This document shows positions 10,330-24,200 of a stretch of DNA of 39,313 bases, piece after piece. The stretch comes from Rhynchopus sp. YZ270_cl-10. Taxonomy: Eukaryota. The notes under the pieces are model-generated. The model was not told where the DNA came from. It was given only the letters and a program-made list of their open reading frames with translations, and made no database searches. A program made the translations under genes and the position numbers. The DNA lies in NCBI GenBank assembly GCA_964035575.1, contig OZ037840.1:1860001-1899313 (forward strand), written 5' to 3'. Each line of letters starts with the position of its first letter. The stretch's first letter is position 1.

Positions 10330-10890
10330 CTAATGATGTGCTTTATTGTGCTGGAAAAGAGCACCTTTGTGTTGAAATTCCCTTCCCCTCCAAGTACTAG
10401 AGCATTCGTGAGCATAACACGTCTTTGCTATTTTTTCGTCTTCTGCTGCTTCGCGCTTTCTCTTTCTGTCTAGCTCCTGTTGAGTTTGAGTTGTTGAAAG
10501 TGATACTTGAAAAGTTGATACATACCTTTTTCATGTCCTGACACAGAAGGAACACTTCGTTCAGCTGTTTCTTGAGATCTGAGACAGTCTGTTTCACCTC
10601 TTTCAGCTCTTCAGTCACGCCAAGCTTTCTGCAGAAACAGGAATTTCCAATGCTGCGGCCTGTTCTGACGGAAGCACAGAGTCCTTCTGAGTTTGCTCCT
10701 CTGTTTTAACGCCTTGCTCCTGTACCTTCGTTAGTACTGTCTCCTTCTTCTGGGAGCACACTGGAATTGGTGGCAATTCCTCATTCTCATGAGGAGCTTG
10801 ATCCTGCACATTGAACACCGCCAACATGCTTGGTGCATCTTTCTTCTGCACAAAGGGCACTGGCTTCCGCTTAATCTTCATGGTGTTCAT
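10330..10890 (-). pseudogene. Frameshifted copy of the coiled-coil/C2H2 zinc-finger gene
   Basis: Near-identical to 28461-29025, with the same 49-nt intron (10477-10525). A net 4-nt deletion near 10619-10621 breaks the frame; a sequencing error is possible. Confidence 0.75.
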
Positions 10891-11100
10891 AGTTTTTTGA
10901 GAAATAGTTCACCTGTTTTTGGTGTGTGAGTACAAAAGTGCTATGAAAAGAGAAATGAGGGGTGAGCCAAGTTTAATTCATTTTTCTATTCAATTTTTTC
11001 GGCATTCACATTTGTAAAAATGCAAAACCTTCAGACAATAAAAAATAAGTTCTGTTCACAACCACACCAGCCTCCTACATTTTAGCGAGCTTTCTTCTTG

Positions 11101-14100
11101 TGCGGGTTTGCGGGTTTGCGGGTTTGCGGGTTTGCGGGTTTGCGGGTTTGCGGGTTTGCGGGTTTGCGGGTTTCTAGTTATTACCGTATAGAGCACTTGT
11201 AAAGTGGCACCAGGTCTTTTATGGAAGCCTGCATCCTCCGAGCAATTCTGAGGTGATATTCCTATAGTATGGGGCCTGGAAACGACAGCCCCGACTGGGG
11301 GTGCCAGTTTGTCCTATCTGGCAATATCCAAAATGGGTGCGGCATTTCACGGCTATTTTTGTGAAGGAATTTGCGATTTTTTGTGTTTCTGAGGTGCTGG
11401 GTGTATTTGTTTTGAAAATTTCAAAATGTGAGATAACCATGATTTATGGCCAGTATCCTCATAAAATGAAGCAATTGCGACCCTGGAGGTCCATATTTGA
11501 CATGTTAGGCCAAAATTAGGTGTGTAAGAGTATCGGCTTGAAAATATTTTTTTTCGTGATTTTTGGGGTCATTTTTTGGCTGGGAAAATTGGGCCACATT
11601 TAACCACAACTGCTCAAAAGGTCAAATCTGTGGCTTTAATGGACTCATTGGGAGTTTTTATGACCTGGACATGGGGGTCAGATTCCATTTTTAACATGTT
11701 GAAAATTGGTCACAAGACCCTGAGAGAAAACCCAAGGTCAAATTGACCTTGAGTACCAGGTCAAATTTGTGTGGGAAAAATTTCCAGTACATAATGTCTG
11801 ATGCTCAAAAGTACAAAATTCCTTCGGCAATGGCTTCATATGACATTTCCATAACCTGGACATGGGGATCAGACTCCACTTTTGACGACCTAAAATTTGG
11901 TCGTACACATGTGTGAGACCCCAAAAACCAGGATTTTGACCAAAAAATTTTTCCCAGCAATTTTTGCCTACAAAAAATCGGAAAAAAAAAATTTTGATTT
12001 TGGCTCTCCGGAGTCTGTGTGTGCTGTGATGGGGTCAATTTGCGCTGAGAAATGAGTATTTTTGACCTAAAATGCGTGTATCAGTTTTTACATGATTTTT
12101 GGGTTTTTTTGGGTTTTGTGTGGGTTTTTTGGTCAGTACATAATGTCTGATGCTCAAAAATACAAAATTCCTTCGGCAATGGCTTCATATGACATTTCCA
12201 TAACCTGGACATGGGGGTCAGACTCCACTTTTGACCACCTAAAATTTGGTCATACGCATGTGTGAGACCCCAAAAACCAGGATTTTGACCAAAAAATTTT
12301 TCAAGCAATTTTTGCCTGCAAAAAATCGAAAAAAAAATTTTTTGATTTTGGCTCTCCGGAGTCTGTGTGTGCTGTGATGGGGTCAATTTGCGCTGAGAAA
12401 TGGGTATTTTTGACCTAAAATGCGTGTATCAGTTTTTACATGATTTTAGAAAACAGAAAACCACCATATTTTTGACATTGATGACTAGCTTCCCAGGACA
12501 AGTCAGTACTTAGAACACTGCCGTTGTACTTCATTGGAAGCACAACGATTATCGCTTGCACACAACTTTGTCAAACATGGGAAGTCTCAAAATAAACATG
12601 CCTTCCTTAGGTTAAGATGTGTGGAAAATAGCCAAGCACACACAAGTACCATTATTTTGACACTGGTAGCAGTCTTCCCCTGAGCTGATAGTACATAACA
12701 CTGTGCAAACTATCTTATAGTCATGCAAACCTGAAAAATTAATAGCGGCGGAGCAACCACACCACAACCAGACGAGCTTGCTACATGTTGGCGAGCTTTC
12801 TTATCCCTGTGAGTAATTTTGCGGCGGATCCAAACAGCTTAACCACAAACAAATAACAACCACAGTCTCTAATATTAGCGGCGGAGCAAAATATCCTTAA
12901 ACACACTAACCCTGATAAATTTAGCAGTTTTTGTCTAATTATTTAGTGGGTAAATCCTGCTACATTTCAGTGAGCTTTTCTGATAATCTATAACTGTATC
13001 AGTCATGTCAGCAGCATGCATCAATAATTCGCGGCGTAGCAACGTGCCTCATAACTATATCCTCCCTCATTTTTTCGACTTTTCCGTGGCAATTCAGGTT
13101 TCCTATGAATGAATAGGCACATCATTTCTGAATTTGCTGAATAATACTAATCTTTTCAACACTAATTCGAGGCGGAGCCATATACCTCACAACCACACCA
13201 TCCTGCCACATTTTAGCGAGCTTTCTTCTAGTGCGGGTTTGCGGGTTTACGGGTTTGCGGGTTTGCGGGTTTGCGGGTTTGCGGGTTTGCGGGTTTCTAG
13301 TTATTACCGTATAGAGCACTTGTAAAGTGGCACCAGGTCTTTTATGGAAGCCTGCATCCTCCGAGCAATTCTGAGGTGATATTCCTATAGTATGGGGCCT
13401 GGAAACGACAGCCCCGACTGGGGGTGCCAGTTTGTCCTATCTGGCAATATCCAAAATGGGTGCGGCATTTCACGGCTATTTTTGTGAAGGAATTTGCGAT
13501 TTTTTGTGTTTCTGAGGTGCTGGGTGTATTTGTTTTGAAAATTTCAAAATGTGAGATAACCATGATTTATGGCCAGTATCCTCATAAAATGAAGCAATTG
13601 CGACCCTGGAGGTCCATATTTGACATGTTAGGCCAAAATTAGGTGTGTAAGAGTATCGGCTTGAAAATATTTTTTTTCGTGATTTTTGGGGTCATTTTTT
13701 GGCTGGGAAAATTGGGCCACATTTAACCACAACTGCTCAAAAGGTCAAATCTGTGGCTTTAATGGACTCATTGGGAGTTTTTATGACCTGGACATGGGGG
13801 TCAGATTCCATTTTTAACATGTTGAAAATTGGTCACAAGACCCTGAGAGAAAACCCAAGGTCAAATTGACCTTGAGTACCAGGTCAAATTTGTGTGGGAA
13901 AAATTTCCAGTACATAATGTCTGATGCTCAAAAGTACAAAATTCCTTCGGCAATGGCTTCATATGACATTTCCATAACCTGGACATGGGGATCAGACTCC
14001 ACTTTTGACGACCTAAAATTTGGTCGTACACATGTGTGAGACCCCAAAAACCAGGATTTTGACCAAAAAATTTTTCCCAGCAATTTTTGCCTACAAAAAA

Positions 14101-17100
14101 TCGGAAAAAAAAAATTTTGATTTTGGCTCTCCGGAGTCTGTGTGTGCTGTGATGGGGTCAATTTGCGCTGAGAAATGAGTATTTTTGACCTAAAATGCGT
14201 GTATCAGTTTTTACATGATTTTTGGGTTTTTTTGGGTTTTGTGTGGGTTTTTTGGTCAGTACATAATGTCTGATGCTCAAAAATACAAAATTCCTTCGGC
14301 AATGGCTTCATATGACATTTCCATAACCTGGACATGGGGGTCAGACTCCACTTTTGACCACCTAAAATTTGGTCATACGCATGTGTGAGACCCCAAAAAC
14401 CAGGATTTTGACCAAAAAATTTTTCAAGCAATTTTTGCCTGCAAAAAATCGAAAAAAAAATTTTTTGATTTTGGCTCTCCGGAGTCTGTGTGTGCTGTGA
14501 TGGGGTCAATTTGCGCTGAGAAATGGGTATTTTTGACCTAAAATGCGTGTATCAGTTTTTACATGATTTTAGAAAACAGAAAACCACCATATTTTTGACA
14601 TTGATGACTAGCTTCCCAGGACAAGTCAGTACTTAGAACACTGCCGTTGTACTTCATTGGAAGCACAACGATTATCGCTTGCACACAACTTTGTCAAACA
14701 TGGGAAGTCTCAAAATAAACATGCCTTCCTTAGGTTAAGATGTGTGGAAAATAGCCAAGCACACACAAGTACCATTATTTTGACACTGGTAGCAGTCTTC
14801 CCCTGAGCTGATAGTACATAACACTGTGCAAACTATCTTATAGTCATGCAAACCTGAAAAATTAATAGCGGCGGAGCAACCACACCACAACCAGACGAGC
14901 TTGCTACATGTTGGCGAGCTTTCTTATCCCTGTGAGTAATTTTGCGGCGGATCCAAACAGCTTAACCACAAACAAATAACAACCACAGTCTCTAATATTA
15001 GCGGCGGAGCAAAATATCCTTAAACACACTAACCCTGATAAATTTAGCAGTTTTTGTCTAATTATTTAGTGGGTAAATCCTGCTACATTTCAGTGAGCTT
15101 TTCTGATAATCTATAACTGTATCAGTCATGTCAGCAGCATGCATCAATAATTCGCGGCGTAGCAACGTGCCTCATAACTATATCCTCCCTCATTTTTTCG
15201 ACTTTTCCGTGGCAATTCAGGTTTCCTATGAATGAATAGGCACATCATTTCTGAATTTGCTGAATAATACTAATCTTTTCAACACTAATTCGAGGCGGAG
15301 CCATATACCTCACAACCACACCATCCTGCCACATTTTAGCGAGCTTTCTTCTAGTGCGGGTTTGCGGGTTTGCGGGTTTACGGGTTTGCGGGTTTGCGGG
15401 TTTGCGGGTTTGCGGGTTTGCGGGTTTGCGGGTTTGCGGGTTTGCGGGTTTGCGGGTTTACGGGTTTGCGGGTTTGCGGGTTTACGGGTTTGCGGGTTTG
15501 CGGGTTTACGGGTTTGCGGGTTTGCGGGTTTACGGGTTTGCGGGTTTGCGGGTTTGCGGGTTTGCGGGTTTGCGGGTTTGCGGGTTTGCGGGTTTGCGGG
15601 TTTGCGGGTTTGCGGGTTTGCGGGTTTCTAGTTATTACCGTATAGAGCACTTGTAAAGTGGCACCAGGTCTTTTATGGAAGCCTGCATCCTCCGAGCAAT
15701 TCTGAGGTGATATTCCTATAGTATGGGGCCTGGAAACGACAGCCCCGACTGGGGGCGCCAGTTTGTCCTATCTGGCAATATCCAAAATGGGTGCGGCATT
15801 TCACGGCTATTTTTGTGAAGGAATTTGCGATTTTTTGTGTTTCTGAGGTGCTGGGTGTATTTGTTATGAAAATTTCAAAATGTGAGATAACCATGATTTA
15901 TGGCCAGTATCCTCATAAAATGAAGCAATAGCGACCCTGGAGGTCCATATTTGACATGTTAGGCCAAAATTAGGTGTGTAAGAGTATCGGCTTGAAAATA
16001 TTTTTTTTCGTGATTTTTGGGGTCATTTTTTGGCTGGGAAAATTGGGCCACATTTAAGGACAACTGCTCAAAAGGTCAAATCAGTGGCTTTAATGGACTC
16101 ATTGGGCGTTTGTATGACCTGGACATGGGGGTCAGATTCCATTTTTAACATGTTGAAAATTGGTCACAAGACCCTGAGAGAAAACCCAAGGTCAAATTGA
16201 CCTTGAGTACCAGGTCAAATTTGTGTGGAAAAAATTTCCAGTACCTAATTTCTGATGCTCAAAAGTACAAATTTCCCTCGACAATCGCTTCATATGACAT
16301 TTCCATAACCTGGACATGGGGGTCAGACTCCACTTTTGACCACCTGAAATTTGGTCATACACATGTATGAGACCCCAAAAACCAGGATTTTGACCAAAAA
16401 ATTTTCCAAGCAATTTTTGCCTACAAAAAATCGAAAAAAAAAATTTTTGATTTTGGCTCTCCGGAGTCTGTGCGTGCTGTGATGGGGTCAATTTGCGCTG
16501 AGAAATGGGTATTTTTGACCTAAAATGCATGTATCAGTTTTTACATGATTTTTGGTGTTTTTGGGGTTTTTTGGTCAGTACCTAATTTCTGATGCTCAAA
16601 AGTGCAAAATTCCTTCGACAATCGCTTCATATGACATTTCCATAACCTGGACATGGGGGTCAGACTCCACTTTTGACCACCTGAAATTTGGTCATACACA
16701 TGTATGAGACCCCAAAAACCAGGATTTTGACCAAAAAATTTTCCAAGCAATTTTTGCCTACAAAAAATCGAAAAAAAAAATTTTTGATTTTGGCTCTCCG
16801 GAGTCTGTGCGTGCTGTGGTGGGGTCAATTTGCGCTGAGAAATGGGTATTTTTGACCTAAAATGCATGTACCAGTTTTTACATGATTTTTGGTGTTTTGG
16901 GAGTTTTAGGTGGGTTTTTTGGTCAGTACCTAATTTCTGATGCTCAAAAGTACAAAATTCCTTCGGCAATGGCTTCATAGGACATTTCCATAACCTGGAC
17001 ATGGGGGTCAGACACCACTTTTGACCACCTGAAAATTGGTCATACACATGTATGAGACCCCAAAAACCAGGATTTTGACCAAAAAATTTTCCCAGCAATT

Positions 17101-19945
17101 TTTGCCTACAAAAAATCGAAAAAAAAAATTTTTGATTTTGGCTCTCCGGAGTCTGTGCGTGCTGTGGTGGGGTCAATTTGCGCTGAGAAATGGGTATTTT
17201 TGACCTAAAATGCATGTACCAGTTTTTACATGATTTTTGGTGTTTTGGGAGTTTTAGGTGGGTTTTTTGGTCAGTACCTAATTTCTGATGCTCAAAAGTA
17301 CAAAATTCCTTCGGCAATGGCTTCATAGGACATTTCCATAACCTGGACATGGGGGTCAGACACCACTTTTGACCACCTGAAAATTGGTCATACACATGTA
17401 TGAGACCCCAAAAACCAGGATTTTGACCAAAAAATTTTCCCAGCAATTTTTGCCTGCAAAAAATCGAAAAAAAATTTTTTTGATTTTGGCTCTCCGGAGT
17501 CTGTGCGTGCTGTGATGGGGTCAATTTGCGCTGAGAAATGAGTATTTTTGACCTAAAATGCATGTATCAGTTTTTACATGTTTTTTGGTGTTTTCGGGGT
17601 TTTAGGTGGGTTTTTTGGTCAGTACATAATGTGCAATGCTCAAAAGTACAGAATTCCTTCGGGAATGGCTTCATAGGACATTTCCATAACCTGGACATGG
17701 GGGTCAGACTCCACTTTTGACCACCTAAAATTTGGTCATACACATGTGTGAGACCCCAAAAACCAGGATTTTGACCAAAAAATTTTCCAAGCAATTTTTG
17801 CCTACAAAAAATCGAAAAAAAAAATTTTGATTTTGGCTCTCCGGAGTCTGTGCGCGCTGTGATGACACTGGTAGCAGTCTTCCCCTGAGATGATAGTACA
17901 TAACACTGTGCAAACTATCTTATAGTCATGCAAACCTGAAAAATTAATAGCAGCGGAGCAACCACACCACAACCAGACGAGCTTGCTACATGTTGGCGAG
18001 CTTTCTTATCACAGGTGAGTAATTTTGCGGCGGAGCCAAACAGCTTAACAACTACAGTCTCTTATGTGTAAATATTAGCGGCGGAGAAAAATATCCTTAA
18101 ACACACGAACCTGCTAAATTTAGCAGTTTTTGTCTAAATCCTGCTACATTTCAGTGAGCTTTTCTGATAATCTATAACTGTATCAGTCATGTCAGCAGCA
18201 TGCATCAATAATTCGCGGCGTAGCAACGTGCCTCATAACTATATCCTCCCTCATTTTTTCGACTTTTCCGTGGCATGTCAGGATTCCTATGAATGAATAG
18301 GTCATTTCTGAATTTGCTGAATAATACTAATCTTTTCAACACTAATTCTCGGCGGAGCCATATACCTCACAACCACACCATCCTGCCACATTTTAGCGAG
18401 CTTTCTTCTAGTGCGGGTTTGCGGGTTTGCGGGTTTGCGGGTTTGCGGGTTTGCGGGTTTGCGGGTTTGCGGGTTTGCGGGTTTGCGGGTTTGCGGGTTT
18501 GCGGGTTTGCGGGTTTGCGGGTTTGCGGGTTTGCGGGTTTGCGGGTTTGCGGGTTTGCGGGTTTGCGGGTTTGCGGGTTTGCGGGTTTGCGGGTTTGCGG
18601 GTTTGCGGGTTTGCGGGTTTGCGGGTTTGCGGGTTTCTAGTTATTACCGTATAGAGCACTTGTAAAGTGGCACCAGGTCTTTTATGGAAGCCTGCATCCT
18701 CCGAGCAATTCTGAGGTGATATTCCTATAGTGTGGGGCCTGGAAACGACAGCCCCGACTGGGGGTGCCAGTTTGTCCTATCTGGCAATATCCAAAATGGG
18801 TGCGGCATTTCACGGCTATTTTTGCGAAGGAATTTGCGATTTTTTGTGTTTCTGAGGTGCTGGGTGTATTTGTTATGAAAATTTCAAAATGTGAGATAAC
18901 CATGATTTATGGCCAGTATCCTCATAAAATGAGGCAATTGCGACCCTGGAGGTCCATATTTGACATGTTAGGTCAAAATTAGGTGTGTAAGAGTATCGGC
19001 TTGAAAATATTTTTTTTTGTGATTTTTGGGGTCTTTTTTTGGCTGGGAAAATTGGGCTACATTGAACCACAACTGCTCAAAAGGTCAAATCTGAGGCTTT
19101 AATGGACTCATTGGGCGTTTTTATGACCTGGACATGGGGGTCAGATTCCATTTTTAACATGTTGAAAATTGGTCACAAGACCCTGAGAGAAAACCCAAGG
19201 TCAAATTGACCTTGAGTACCAGGTCAAATTTGTGTGGGAAAAATTTCCAGTACCTAATTTCTGATGCTCAAAAGTACAAAATTCCTTCGGCAATGGCTTC
19301 ATAGGACATTTCCATAACCTGGACATGGGGGTCAGACTCCACTTTTGACCACCTGAAATTTGGTCATACACATGTATGAGACCCAAAAACCAGGATTTTT
19401 GACCAAAATTTTTCCCAGCAATTTTTGCCCACAAAAAATCGAAAAAAAAAAATTTTGATTTTGGCTCTCCGGAGTCTGTGCGTGCTGTGGTGGGGTCAAT
19501 TTGCGCTGAGAAATGGGTATTTTTGACCTAAAATGCATGTATCAGTTTTTACATGATTTTTGGTGTTTTTGGGGTATTGCTTTTGGGGTTTTAGGTGGGT
19601 TTTTTGGTCAGTACCTAATTTCTGATGCTCAAAAGTGCAAAATTCCTTCGACAATCGCTTCATATGACATTTCCATAACCTGGACATGGGGGTCAGACTC
19701 CACACTAGAGCAGCTAAAATTTGGTCATACACATGTATGAGACCCCAAAAACCAGGATTTTGCAGCAAAAATTTTTCCCAGCAATTTTTGCCTACAAAAA
19801 ATCGGAAAAAAAAATTTTTGATTTTGGCTCTCCTGAATCTGTGTGTGCTGTGCTGGAGTCAATTTGCGCTGAGAAATGAGGAGTTTTGACCTGAAATGCA
19901 TGTACCAGTTTTAACATGATTTTTGGTGTTTTTGGTATTTTGTGT
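11101..19945. repeat. Four tandem macro-repeat units, each starting with a (TGCGGGTT)n array
   Basis: Arrays at 11101-11172 (9x), 13232-13295 (8x), 15355-15626 (34x) and 18412-18635 (28x), each followed by TCTAGTTATTACCG. Unit 1 to unit 2 offset is 2123 bp. The fourth unit is truncated near 19945. Confidence 0.95.
16241..17865. repeat. ~348-bp satellite (almost 5 copies here; two copies each at ~11787-12450, ~13910-14570 and ~19250-19940)
   Basis: The GTAC(C/A)TAAT..ATGCTCAAAA landmark recurs at 16241, 16578, 16926, 17274 and 17622. Confidence 0.93.
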
Positions 19946-20560
19946 AAGTTCCTGTAGGGCAGTTGGATAGATGGGTAACTAAATTTCAACTGGAAAACTA
20001 GGTGGATCGATTCTTTTGTGTGTTTTTACTACAGTAATTTTAGTTTTTTCTTTTTTTTTTCTTCTTTTTTTGATCTTTATTTTTGTGGCATGACAATACT
20101 CTCACCCGCCAAAGTGAGCGCCTTCTTCAAGGTGTAGTCTTTCTTTTGTTTAACCTATGTTTTAACCTATTTCTTTTTTTTTTTAATCCAAGACAAAAAA
20201 ATTTTCTTCATCACAAGAGATTATCTCCGGCTGGGAAGAAAAAAAACAACAAAAACTGCTGATCGGTCAAAAAATCTCTGTAAAAATCTTTCTTACTATA
20301 TTTTCCTCTCCAAAACTAATTTGTGCTTCCTATTCCCTCTCTAAAACAATAAAAACCGCTACCTGTGTGAGATAGTAAAAACTACAATTCAAATTATGGT
20401 AACCATTTTTATTCTTTTTTTATGCAATCAACAACAAACTCCCCAAAAAGGTGTTTTCTTCATCACAAGAGATTTCTCTCCGGCTGGGAAGAATAATACA
20501 AACCCAAACAAAAAACAATTTAAACCAAAAAAAGCAACACAAACAAAATATTCACAGTTT

Positions 20561-21211
20561 TTAAATCATTTGAAAGTCAGAAAAAATCTTTGATGGAAAT
20601 GTTGGGGACAATAGGGCTTTTTCGTGTGCTTTCAATACATTTTCATCAGTTCCCGTACCAATGTTAAAATGGTCAGGATTAAAAGTTTGCACCAACAGCA
20701 GTCTATTTTGTGATGGTATTTTTTCGAGAATCTCTTCAGGAGAAAGATCTTTTGGCAAAAAATGAAAACAAGAGTAGCCATCATTTTCAAATGTTCTAGA
20801 AGATACAACAGTGATGAGAACATGATGCATAACTGACATTAATGCTATCTCAGTGTCCTGTGCATATTTGTCTGCTGATTTTATCTGAACACGGCTGAGT
20901 ATGGTATCAAAGCTTCTGTTGTTTTATGATAGTGGGTAGTATGAAGTCAAACAGTTACAAGAAGTACATACGTATTTTTGTCTCCAATTATAAGGGGATG
21001 CTCCCTGAACAGAATCTCATTCTCTTCTAAGAATGCTCCGAAGGTGCGACGAAGACTGAACCCATCATCTACTTTCCCAGTGAGAAGCTGCTGCACTGCG
21101 TGATAGAAACAAGTTCCATCACCTCGAACCATTATTGGTTTCTTCAGGTTACACATCGACAGAACATCCTGCAGATTGTAATATCCCTCTGGGATGGAAT
21201 TTGATCTTTCC
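20561..21211 (-). CDS. OTU-like cysteine protease/deubiquitinase domain (last two exons of the RepHel gene)
   Basis: VRGDGTCFYHAV (catalytic D/C), SLRRTF, YAQDTEIALMS (WG..E motif equivalent) and DHF (catalytic H). Joined in frame by the 56-nt intron 20916-20971. Confidence 0.85.
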
Positions 21212-24200
21212 CTGTTGTTTAATTATGATAATAGTTTCATTAAATCATAGACAAATGATCATACATATTTTTTTCAGAAACTGTTGTTGACCTTTGCAAA
21301 GCTTCTGAACGTTTCTTGCTGTTCTGGATTGTCTTCTCCCTGTACATTATTTTTATGTAAATTATACACCAATATTTTTCAACATACCTGTCCTCCTCTG
21401 GATACTTAAACGGATGGTAATCTTCTCTGAAGTTTTCATTTTCATAGGTTACTTCTGCAAGAAGCCTCCCACAAGCAGGATTGCAGGCTTCATGTTCATC
21501 ATCATCAATAGGGCTCTCTCCATCAGCAGATGGTTGCAGGTTTTTGGGTTTGCGTATCACAGACGGGTCTTCTGTTGGGTTTGCTGCAAGATCATGTAGG
21601 CTTTTTGCATAGTCTGCTTCTGTGAGCCTCAGGTCACGCTTAAGCTGCTTCCTCCTTTCTGCACTGATCTTCATTTTTATTCCCCCAACAGATTCCTCAA
21701 CTGCAGATATGACCTCCTGGTGGACACAGTTGTAGAGATATGTGTCACCTCTAGGTGGAAGACAAATCTTTATGTCGGTCCTGCTGCACACCCTTGACAT
21801 TGCAACGTACAGATGGCCATGAGAGAAGCAGGGCGACTGTGATACATCAAGACCCACCCTCCGGAGCGTTTGTCCCTGCGACTTATTAATAGTCATTGCA
21901 AAGGAGAGTCTGACAGGAAACTGCTGACGTGTGAAATCAATCGTTAAATCCTTTGCATCACCGTCGCAGGGAAGCCGAGGGATGGCGACTGGCTGTGGTC
22001 TCTCTGACCCGTTATTCTTCTTCCATTCGCATTCTTCCGTCAGGTTGGTGCAGACAAGAATGTTCTTCTTCACCTCCTTCACAACAAGGCGCGTCCCATT
22101 GCAGAGTCCGCCTGCTGGGTCCAGGTTCTTTAGAAGCATCACTATGCAGTTCACCTTCAGGTTTAGAGCGTGTGGAGGAAGACGCGGATGGTCCATTTTA
22201 TTTAGGGCCTCTGTGGAGAAGAACTCGGCTGCGGTGGGATCCTTGCACGTGTCCTCTGACAGGCTGGTGATTGTATTCCCTGGGAATCTGCCGAGAATTT
22301 TTTCGTTCATAAACACCTGGCGTTCGTTTGTTGGGCACAGCAGCGCACAATTCTCATAATGTCCCTCACTGATGCCTGGAAAGGTAAAAGAAATCAGACT
22401 CTCCTCCGTCACCTTTTGGTTGTTTCTGTCGTAGATAAGAGCGCGTGGAACCTGCAGAACTGCTGTTGTATCTCCTCCATCTTCAGTAGCACCTCCTTCA
22501 ACGCACCCATCTTCATTAATGGATCCGTCTCCCACCTTCATCAAATACTCCCTGAAAGCATCATCATTCTTCACCCTCATGACCTGTGTGAGGGACATTT
22601 TCAGCAGGTCATTCCAAAGGTACGAGTTGTTTAGGGAAATAGCAATACTCTCATAGCTGGCTTTGTTTTTTCCTGGTACAGGAAGAATCTGTCGGAAGTC
22701 TCCTCCAAGCAAAACAGTAACACCTCCAAAAGGTTGCTGACATTCCCTCACCTTCCGCAGTGTTCTGTCAACTACCTCGATCACAGACTTCTGCGCCATA
22801 ACAACCTCATCCCAGACAATGAGGTCTGTGCGCTTAAGAAGTTCTACGTGATCAGCATCAAGTGGGCAAAGCTTCTTTGCGTTTGATTCAAGATCTATGG
22901 GTATCTTGAACCGGCTGTGGGCGGTCCTGCCTCCTGGGAGAAGTGTCGCTGCTATCCCTGACGTTGCCACAGCAATCGCAAATCTGTCCTCCAGTTGTTG
23001 TGGAAGCGGCTTCTGTTGTAGTTGTGCCCTTGCCCTTCTGCTTCTGGCCCAGTACAGACATGCCTGGTACAGGAAGGTCTTTCCTGTCCCTGCAGCGCCC
23101 TGTAAAAAAATTATCTTTCCCTGGCTGCCTTCCACAGAGGCCTTCACAGTGTTGAAGACCCTGTTTTGTCCGTCGTTGAGGTTGGGTGCAATGGTGTCAA
23201 ACATTTTCAGCATCTTCTCCTCATTGTACCTCTCAGTGTCAAGTACAAACTCGGTTCTCTGCCCTGCAGTGCTTTCAGGAGGAGTAGGAAGCCCAAGCTC
23301 TGCCATTGTTGCCTTGACGTTTGCTTCCTTCAGCAGCCGCTCCAGGTCCTTCAGGGCGTCGCACTTCTCCTTGGGGTAGAGGTATCTTTCTCCCATTGTC
23401 TGCACCCGTTGAAGCCTTTCCCCTCTCTCCAGTGCTGGCACACACAGCTCATACTCATATTGGTCCCATGCTTTTTTCACGTCAGCTGCAGAAGCCATGT
23501 AATGAATAATGACCATGGCAAAGGTAAAACGTATCGCCCGTGAAGACAACGTCGTCTGTTTGCACTCCTCCATCGAGTTCATGAGGATCTGCCCATCGTG
23601 GATCAACCCCAATTCGGCTGCAGCTTCAAAAAACGTGTCGTGAACCAAGCCTGAAGATTGTGATGTTCTCAGCTCTGCAAAGCTCACAGGCCCACACTTG
23701 CGCAGAAGAAGGAGGCGAAGGCAGTGGAGTTCCTTATCCTTCACAGGAACCCAGTACATTCTCCCAATAGACAGATGTTCTCCTTCATTTCTCTGTGAGT
23801 AAGTTCCGGCGGTGTATGTACATTCGTCCTGATTCCACACAAAGCCCGGCCTCAGCTTCCACTCCTTCTCTCTGGTGTAAGAAAAAAACTCAGGAACGTC
23901 GTTGTAGAGCAGACTGTCAAATCCTTTGTAAGCGTCATGTCCTGGAATTCCTTCGTGGTATTTCCTGCATCTTTCATTTGCTTCAAAAAAAGCAAGAAGG
24001 GTACTTTTAGATGTTGCAGCCGCATCCCTTCTCTTTGATTCAGCACCAGCGTTCTTTAGAGGGAAATACACCCTCTGTTCGTCCTCAAGATGAATATGAA
24101 GCCTGGTCACACCTGGGTATATCCTCACCATTTTTGTGGAAATGAGGTACCCACAGGCATCGGCAGCAGTCATGCAGTGCGCCTTCAGCCACCTGTGGAT

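Noticed and set aside
16192..17913. 340-aa and related ORFs with repeated sequence
   Set aside because: By-products of the 348-bp satellite; the frames break differently among copies.
19997..20120. Canonical Helitron 3' terminus (minus-strand CTAG|T at 19997-20001; CTCAC/GTGAG stem at 20101-20118)
   Set aside because: No GC-rich hairpin at the expected short distance from CTAG, so it is too weak to call.
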